DNA of 11,970 bases. It comes from Fidelibacterota bacterium. Its GTDB lineage: Bacteria > Fidelibacterota > Marinisomatia > Marinisomatales > S15-B10. Position numbers and translations under genes: made by a program. This document shows, one piece after another, positions 6,360-11,970 of this stretch. Numbering within the stretch: the stretch's first letter is position 1; every line of letters begins with the position of its first letter. The notes beneath the pieces were generated by a model. The model worked only from the letters and a program-made list of their open reading frames with translations. It did not search any database and was not told the origin of the DNA. The stretch spans positions 1 to 11,970 of the forward strand of contig PBTS01000006.1 of assembly GCA_002729175.1 (NCBI GenBank), in the 5' to 3' direction.

Positions 6360-9290
6360 CTATTCGCGCGAACCCGGAATAATTTCCAGTTCTATTTTAT
6401 TATTATCACGAACAACAACAATTGACGTTATTTGACCAATTTTTACAGCGTCTATAGCGTAGGTATAATCATAAATGTTTTCAATCTTCCGGCCGGCCAG
6501 TTCTACAATAATGTCTCCTGCCGTTAAGCCTGCCTTGTCAGCGGGGCTTCCCTTGGAAACACCTGAAATTTTGAGCCCAGGAACACTTCCTTCCCCATAA
6601 TCTGGAATAGTGCCTAAATAGGCCCTTAGGCCTGCCCGCGCGGACTGTTCCTGCGGTTTTTGCGGTTCCAGATAATCTGGTTCTTCAACCGTTATAGCCA
6701 GTCCACGGGCAATAAGACTAAGAAACTTTGTTATCTTTTCCATTCCCTCATAGTTCAATAGGTCAGGGGTGTCTCTTGGTGAATGATATTCGCTGTGTGA
6801 ACCCGTAAAGACACTAAGGATGGGTACCTTTTTCATATAAAACGAGGTTGCATCTGTTGGTAAGTAGCTGTCTTCCTTCAGTGCTAGCCGTAAGCCGATG
6901 GGAGCGTTCCGCCGCTCGATCTCCCGCCTCCAGACAGAGCTTGAGCCCACTCCGTTTACAATCAGGGCATCCCCATAACGACCGACCATGTCCATGTTTA
7001 AATAGGCCGCGAACTGGCTTGATAAATCGTTGCTATGGTTTGCCGCTGCCAGTTGGTCTACGTAATGGGCAGAGCCTAACAATCCTAGCTCTTCTCCTGA
7101 CCAGGCCGCAAAAAGGATGTCCCTTTTCATCTCGAGTTTTCCCTGCTGTTTCTGGTCCACGAGCCATTCAGCCATCTCCAATGTGCTGGCTACGCCAGAG
7201 GCGTTATCGTCTGCCCCAAAGTGAATCTTTCCTTTCTCATCTTCCCGTGCAAGAGAGCTGGATCCACCTTCTTTACCAAGGTGATCAACGTGTCCACCAA
7301 CAATCAGAGGTGGTTCATTGTTCGGAAGGCCTGACTTCAAGATGGCAAGCACGTTTCTTCCTGTCCGTTTTTCTTTCTTAAGGTCAATTCGGGTTGAAAG
7401 TTGAAAACTTGTTGGGAACCCCATCTGTACGCTTCCATCATCTAGTGTCTCTTGTAATTTCTTTAGCGATTTACAATCTTTCCCGCGTTTGGGACACAGT
7501 AAAAGTTTAGCCGTTTCATCTGTAACCGAGATAACTGGTAGGCTGGCTGCCGATGCTGAAGCGTCAAATCGTATAGGGATTAGCTGTTCCTTAACACCTG
7601 ATTGTGGACCACTTATAACAATCATACCCGTGGCTCCCTTATCCCGCAGTGTCATTGCTTTATATCGGAGGCTGCTGTACCGAGACAGATGCTGGCGATG
7701 CTCAGGAGAAATTTCCTCCGGCATATACCGCAAGACCATAACCCACTTGTCTTTAACGTCTAGATGAACAAAAGAGTCATACTCGCTGAATCCATTGGCC
7801 TCCGGCGCAACAATACCGTAGTTCCCCCAAACCACTTGTTTTAAAGGTGTCTCGCCTGTTGCGGACCAAGTAACGGGGCGCCAGTCTATATTTATTTTGG
7901 GCCTAATTTTTCTTAAAGCTTTCCGTGGGCCATCCAGTTTTAGTGTACTGGTTTTTTTAATTTCCATTCCTGCTGTGAAGCTAAACGGTTGAAAATAGGT
8001 GCTGTTTTCCCCGGCTGGCTTAAGTCCCAAACGTCGGAATTCTTCAGCCACATACTGTGTTGCTTTCTGCTCTCCTGTCGTTCCTGTCATTCGACCCTCA
8101 AACTGAGGCGAAGCCAAGGCTTCAACGTGCTGACGCATGTCCGCTGCTAATATTTCCGGAGCTCCAGCTGATTTGAATGGTTTATTTATGGTGGAGGTCT
8201 TCTCTTTTGTCTCCAAGTCTCCCTCTTTCAAAATTTTGAGTGCAGCATCGTGGTTCCATTGTCCCAAGAAAATTTGAGACTGGTTGCCTGCTGTCCTCTG
8301 GCTGGTCCACGCCAGGGTGTGACCGTCCGGTGAAAAGACTGGAAGTCCATCGAAACGGTCTGTTTGGGTCACACGTACAGGTGGTCCGCCATTCGTACTC
8401 ACCAGATAAAGTTCAAAGTTTCCAAAACCATGAATATTTGTAGCATAAATAAGATACTCTCCCGAAGGGTGGAAAAATGGTGCCCAAGACATGGCTCCCA
8501 TTTCTGTTATTTGCGTCTGGTTTCTACCATCACTGTTCATGGTAAAAATTTCTGCTGTAGCGCCGTCTTCAGAAAACCGGCGCCAACAGATCTTTTCTCC
8601 GTCTTGACTGAAGAACGGCCCGCCATCATAGCCTCGGCTATCTGTCAATTGTTGAAGGTTGCTACCGTCTGTTCTCATTCTATAAATGTCCATCATGAAG
8701 GCTTTGTCGGTTTCAAAAGTTCTCCTGTCAACATCTGACAGGGGTTTTGAATAGGCCAAACGGTTCGAGCTGAAAACAATCCAATTTCCATCTGGGGAAA
8801 TAGCGCCCTCAGCATCGTAGCCTGTAGCGTTTGTTAGTTGGCGGTAGTTTTTGCTTTTGCGATCATATAAATAGAGTTCAAAAGTTTCATCATAGTCCCA
8901 ACTATAGCGGCGCTCTTTTCCGGAGGCCCGAAATTCAAGCTCTTCCTTCTGTTTGTTTCGTGCTTCTGGATCGCCATGGGTGGATGCAAACAAGACCTCC
9001 TGTCTATTTGGGTGAATCCATGAGCAGGTTGTTTTCCCGTACCCGGGTGAAATGCGTTCTACGTCTCCAGTCTCAAAATCCATGAGATAAATCTGATAAA
9101 ATGGGTTGTCTGGTTCTCGTTCGCTCTGTAAAACCATAAGCTTACCGCTTGGGCCGAAATATCCCTCACCGGCGCGGCGTCCCTCAAACGTTAGCTGCCG
9201 AATATTGCTTAGAAACTGTGGCTCTTCCCCTGTGGCGATGCTAAAAAGAGAGAAAAGGAGAAGGTGTTTAACTAAAGGCTTCTTTGACAT
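6360..9290 (-). CDS. Secreted M28 family metallopeptidase: TolB-like/PD40 beta-propeller + PA domain + M28 catalytic domain + C-terminal PDZ
   Basis: Signal peptide, then propeller repeats (DAEGAISPDGNWIVFSSNR, DGGPFFSQDG, WAPFFHPSG, DGLPVFSPDGHTLAWTS). M28 N-part HVEALAS...GRMTGT and PA insert LDVKDKWVMVLR...KGATGMIV. Zn-site motifs GGHVDHLG, GADDNASG, GEELGLLGS, YLNMDMVG and YHSPRD. PDZ motifs YLGTIPD and GSPADKAGLTAGDIIV. ATG at 9290, with TTG at 9293 as an alternative. Confidence 0.92.
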   Translation of the reverse strand: MSKKPLVKHLLLFSLFSIATGEEPQFLSNIRQLTFEGRRAGEGYFGPSGKLMVLQSEREPDNPFYQIYLMDFETGDVERISPGYGKTTCSWIHPNRQEVLFASTHGDPEARNKQKEELEFRASGKERRYSWDYDETFELYLYDRKSKNYRQLTNATGYDAEGAISPDGNWIVFSSNRLAYSKPLSDVDRRTFETDKAFMMDIYRMRTDGSNLQQLTDSRGYDGGPFFSQDGEKICWRRFSEDGATAEIFTMNSDGRNQTQITEMGAMSWAPFFHPSGEYLIYATNIHGFGNFELYLVSTNGGPPVRVTQTDRFDGLPVFSPDGHTLAWTSQRTAGNQSQIFLGQWNHDAALKILKEGDLETKEKTSTINKPFKSAGAPEILAADMRQHVEALASPQFEGRMTGTTGEQKATQYVAEEFRRLGLKPAGENSTYFQPFSFTAGMEIKKTSTLKLDGPRKALRKIRPKINIDWRPVTWSATGETPLKQVVWGNYGIVAPEANGFSEYDSFVHLDVKDKWVMVLRYMPEEISPEHRQHLSRYSSLRYKAMTLRDKGATGMIVISGPQSGVKEQLIPIRFDASASAASLPVISVTDETAKLLLCPKRGKDCKSLKKLQETLDDGSVQMGFPTSFQLSTRIDLKKEKRTGRNVLAILKSGLPNNEPPLIVGGHVDHLGKEGGSSSLAREDEKGKIHFGADDNASGVASTLEMAEWLVDQKQQGKLEMKRDILFAAWSGEELGLLGSAHYVDQLAAANHSNDLSSQFAAYLNMDMVGRYGDALIVNGVGSSSVWRREIERRNAPIGLRLALKEDSYLPTDATSFYMKKVPILSVFTGSHSEYHSPRDTPDLLNYEGMEKITKFLSLIARGLAITVEEPDYLEPQKPQEQSARAGLRAYLGTIPDYGEGSVPGLKISGVSKGSPADKAGLTAGDIIVELAGRKIENIYDYTYAIDAVKIGQITSIVVVRDNNKIELEIIPGSRE

Positions 9291-9366
9291 CAATAAAAGA
9301 TGAGTTCAGATTGGAATTAAATTACCCAAGCCAAAAAAACTTCTTTATGAAAAAGCTTTTACAGCT

Positions 9367-9897
9367 TTAAAGAGTTCGCTTCCGGTGAAATCGTGCTCTT
9401 GGTTCCAGCCAATAGCACATATTCTCCAGCCTGCATAGGCGGCAGACAAAGAAATAAGAGCAACCGCTTCTGATCTGTTTACTTCCTTTTTTTTTTCCAA
9501 ACCTTCCAGGCCCTACACAATTAACGACCTCTTTTGGCAGCCCCCTCTCTGTTCTGTCATACAGTTTACTTACGTCAGGGAACCTTGGGAGTTTATCAAT
9601 GGGCGTTTTTCCCGTGAGGGGGTTAATGCCGGTCTGATTTCGATGATCTATAATTTGAATAATTGGTTCTCTCGAGTGTACTCTATCAACAATTAACAGT
9701 TTGTTGTCCTCTAGTTCCTTTTTAAGATGAATTAGGCTCTCCGGGGTGGTGGCTTCAGTTAACTTTTTCTGTGGTGAAACGATTATTTGGTCTCTCCACT
9801 TATAAATGTTGTGTTGCGCCTTCGCCTTTTGTTGTTGGTTTGCGCCAGAAAATGTTTTGTTATACACTTCCAAGGCTAGTGGTAAATAGATTGTCAC
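9367..9897 (-). CDS. Degenerate purine nucleoside phosphorylase-like protein, probably frameshifted at an A10 run (corrected end likely 9345)
   Basis: GTG start overlaps the yggS stop (GTGA). The segment IIDHRNQTGINPLTGKTP..PRFPDVSKLYD matches the trimeric PNP consensus IxDHINxxGxNPLxG..PRFPDMSxxYD. The as-read tail after GKKK is Cys/Arg-rich and looks out of frame. Removing one A gives EVNRSEAVALISLSAAYAGWRICAIGWNQEHDFTGSELFKAVKAFS*. Confidence 0.65.
   Translation of the reverse strand: MTIYLPLALEVYNKTFSGANQQQKAKAQHNIYKWRDQIIVSPQKKLTEATTPESLIHLKKELEDNKLLIVDRVHSREPIIQIIDHRNQTGINPLTGKTPIDKLPRFPDVSKLYDRTERGLPKEVVNCVGPGRFGKKKGSKQIRSGCSYFFVCRLCRLENMCYWLEPRARFHRKRTL
9487..9496 (-). repeat. A10 homopolymer (T10 on + strand) at the apparent frameshift site
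   Basis: The + strand reads cttcc-tttttttttt-ccaa, with ten T at 9487-9496. Confidence 0.85.
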
Positions 9898-10589
9898 CGT
9901 TTCCTCTCTCCGAACAGCGCGGTTCCGATCCGTAACATTGTTGATCCTTCCTCCACCGCTATTTCATAATCAGAGGACATTCCCATGGAAAGTTCTGTCA
10001 GTTGGTCCTCTTCAGGAAGATGCTTGTTTAATCTCCCTTTAATTTGCCTCAGTTTCTGAAACGTTTTTCTGGTGGTGGTTTCATCTCTGGTAAACACACC
10101 AATTGTCATCAATCCTTTTACACCAAGGTTTTTCAGTTCTAGGGCCTCCAAAAGGGTCTCTATGTTTTCTGGGTGAAAGCCGTGTTTGGCCGAATCCTGA
10201 CCTGTGTTTACCTGAAGCAGTGACTCATAATTGCTGTGGGGTTCCGCCATAAGCATGCTCAGCCGGCGGGCCAGTTTCAGCGAATCAATTGAATCAATTG
10301 AATCAAAAAGATCTACGGCCTTGCCCGCCTTATTAGATTGAAGGTGCCCAACAAGACGTTTTGTTAATCGTGGAAGTTCTGCCAGGTGTGGAAACTTTTG
10401 GGATGCTTCCTGAATACGGTTTTCACCAATGTTTTCGATGCCGGCACTATATGCAGATTCGATTGCAGAAGCTGGGAAGGTCTTTGTTATTGCAACAATC
10501 TGAACAGGGGCTTCATGCTCTCGGTTGGCCCGCGCTCTTGCCGCCTCAATCCGTTCTTGAACGGATTTGAGAGCGTCTAGGTCTATCAC
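9894..10589 (-). CDS. yggS: YggS/PROSC family pyridoxal 5'-phosphate homeostasis protein
   Basis: IVAITKT carries the PLP lysine. Other motifs are GENRIQEA, GHLQSNK, LLQVN, KHG, GLMTIG and ELSMGMSSDYEIAVEEGSTMLRIGTALFGER. It is 231 aa, and its GTG start overlaps the gyrA stop (GTGA). Confidence 0.96.
   Translation of the reverse strand: MIDLDALKSVQERIEAARARANREHEAPVQIVAITKTFPASAIESAYSAGIENIGENRIQEASQKFPHLAELPRLTKRLVGHLQSNKAGKAVDLFDSIDSIDSLKLARRLSMLMAEPHSNYESLLQVNTGQDSAKHGFHPENIETLLEALELKNLGVKGLMTIGVFTRDETTTRKTFQKLRQIKGRLNKHLPEEDQLTELSMGMSSDYEIAVEEGSTMLRIGTALFGERKR
10282..10306 (+). repeat. 9-bp tandem repeat (GAATCAATT x ~2.8) inside yggS
   Basis: gaatcaatt gaatcaatt gaatcaa encodes (F)DSIDSIDS in frame. 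Confidence 0.7.
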
Positions 10590-11970
10590 GCTTCAGAGCT
10601 CTCCTCACTAACGGGCCCCTCTTTCTCGGCTTCTTCATCATCTGTGTTTTCAGAATCGACATGTACTACCCTGCTTAGTGAGGAAATTTTTGCACCTTCA
10701 TCAAGGCGAATAAGTTTTACGCCCTGTGTTACGCGTCCGATGGTCCGGATGCTGTCAACGGGTTGGCGAATGAGAACACCAGTGTTTGTGATAACCATAA
10801 GATCGTCTGTGTCCACAACCTCCATAATTGCTACCATTTTACCCACCTTTTTATTTGTCCGCATGGCCAGTACGCCCTTTCCGGACCGCTTTTGAATGCG
10901 GTATTGCATAACTTCTGTGCGCTTGCCAAACCCTTTTTCAGTGGCAACCAAAAGCGTCCCCTCTCTTCGCACAACAACCATGCCCACCACATAATCATCT
11001 TTTTTTGACAGTTTAATGCCAATAACCCCTCTAGTCTTTCGGCCCATAGGGCGGGCATCTGTTTCTGGAAAACGAATCGATTTGCCTTCTCGTGTGCCCA
11101 AAACAATGTCGTTTTCACCGTTTGTGATTTTCGCCTCTATAAGCTGGTCTCCTTCCCGTATATCAATGGCATAAATACCTCCTTTTCGGGGTTTTCCGTA
11201 GGCCGACAGCTTTGTTTTTTTTATTATGCCCTTCCGGGTGGCCATAACTATATACTTTTCTTCGTCGAATGTTTTTACACTCACAAAAGCTTTTACCTTT
11301 TCGCCTGGTTCTGTACCTAAAAGATTTACAATTGCCCGGCCTCTCGCGGCCCGGCCACCAGGCGGAACTTCATGTACTTTCAACCAGTGGCATTTTCCTT
11401 TGTCTGTGAAAAAGAGTATATAGTCATGGGTGTTCGCCACAAATAGGTGTTCCACAAAATCTTCTTCTTTGGCTTTCGCGCCCTGTAGGCCGCGACCGCC
11501 CCTACGTTGACTTCTGTAGGTCGCAGCCGCCGTCCTTTTAACATAGCCCTTGTGTGTAAACGTTAGAACGGCGTCTTCTTCAGCGATCATGTCCTCAACC
11601 GAAAAAGTTGTCCCAACGGTTTGAATTTCTGTTCTCCTCTCTTCACCATAACGTTCTTTAATTTCTGCCAGTTCTTCTTTAATAATAGCCATCTGCTTTG
11701 GGAGGCTTTCAAGAATTCCTTTAAGCTGCGCAATTAGCTTTATAACCTCTTTATACTCTTGGACAACTTTTTCCACTTCAAGGCCCGTAAGCCTCTGTAG
11801 TCGCATCTCCAAAATGGCCTGTGCCTGTCTTTCTGATAACTCGAAGCTATTTATCAGGCCTTCCTTTGCCTGTGTTGGGTCCTTGCTTCCGCGTATAACC
11901 TCTATTACCTCGTCAATGTTGTCTAGTGCAATTTTTAAGCCTTCAAGAATATGTGCTCGCTCTTCGGCCA
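10586..11970 (-). CDS. gyrA: DNA gyrase subunit A, C-terminal part (partial, begins beyond the right edge)
   Basis: The frame is open from the edge: AEERAHILEGLKIALDNIDEVIEVIR...LSERQAQAILEMRLQRLTGLE. GyrA-box QRRGGRG at 11489-11509, beta-pinwheel blades (ARGRAIVNLL, RPMGRKTRGVIGI, IGRVTQGVKLI) and an acidic C-terminal tail. The GyrA-box and tail distinguish it from ParC. The ORF-track start at 11812 is internal. Confidence 0.97.
   Translation of the reverse strand, partial: AEERAHILEGLKIALDNIDEVIEVIRGSKDPTQAKEGLINSFELSERQAQAILEMRLQRLTGLEVEKVVQEYKEVIKLIAQLKGILESLPKQMAIIKEELAEIKERYGEERRTEIQTVGTTFSVEDMIAEEDAVLTFTHKGYVKRTAAATYRSQRRGGRGLQGAKAKEEDFVEHLFVANTHDYILFFTDKGKCHWLKVHEVPPGGRAARGRAIVNLLGTEPGEKVKAFVSVKTFDEEKYIVMATRKGIIKKTKLSAYGKPRKGGIYAIDIREGDQLIEAKITNGENDIVLGTREGKSIRFPETDARPMGRKTRGVIGIKLSKKDDYVVGMVVVRREGTLLVATEKGFGKRTEVMQYRIQKRSGKGVLAMRTNKKVGKMVAIMEVVDTDDLMVITNTGVLIRQPVDSIRTIGRVTQGVKLIRLDEGAKISSLSRVVHVDSENTDDEEAEKEGPVSEESSEA

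Noticed and set aside
195..9333. The 10-mer TGGCTTGGGT at 195-204 and its reverse complement at 9324-9333, both intergenic, which could be read as terminal inverted repeats
   Set aside because: It is too short to exceed chance convincingly. There is no transposase or integrase and no target-site duplication.
6339..9368. AAAGCTTT-containing palindromic motifs on both sides of the peptidase gene (about 6339-6354 and 9350-9368)
   Set aside because: They are short, AT-rich and imperfectly matched, and the second falls in the corrected coding tail of the PNP-like gene. The stem is too weak for a terminator, and there is no other insertion evidence.
199..11423. Numerous + strand ORFs and short alternative-frame minus-strand ORFs in the track (for example 4805..5281 and 6848..7381)
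   Set aside because: They overlap, almost entirely, well-supported minus-strand genes and show no recognisable motifs, so they are shadow ORFs.
10586..11970. Topoisomerase IV ParC as an alternative identity, and 11812 as the start
   Set aside because: The intact GyrA-box and acidic tail indicate GyrA, and the frame stays open with conserved sequence to the window edge.
1..11970. CRISPR arrays, tRNA/rRNA genes, IS or prophage genes, defence systems
   Set aside because: The window is almost fully coding with identifiable envelope and housekeeping genes. No repeat-spacer pattern or hallmark genes were seen.

Overview
Bacterial chromosomal window with nine genes, all on the minus strand. In transcription order they are: the 3' part of gyrA, yggS (PLP-binding protein), a short degenerate purine-nucleoside-phosphorylase-like gene that appears frameshifted at an A10 run, a secreted TolB-like propeller-PA-M28 peptidase-PDZ fusion, a TonB-dependent receptor, its DUF4249-like lipoprotein partner, an Na+/phosphate cotransporter (NptA/YjbB family), a lamin-tail-domain protein with a Por/T9SS-type C-terminal domain, and the 5' end of a secreted CotH-like protein missing from the ORF track. 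The NYPNPFNP-type C-terminal domain, the receptor/DUF4249 pair and Gln-initiated mature proteins suggest an FCB-group organism, possibly Marinimicrobia-like (inference only). I found no RNA genes, CRISPR arrays, mobile elements or defence systems. The most interesting signals are the frameshifted PNP-like gene coupled to yggS and a possible phosphate-linked Na/Pi-LTD-CotH module. All family calls come from motif recognition by eye, not from database searches.
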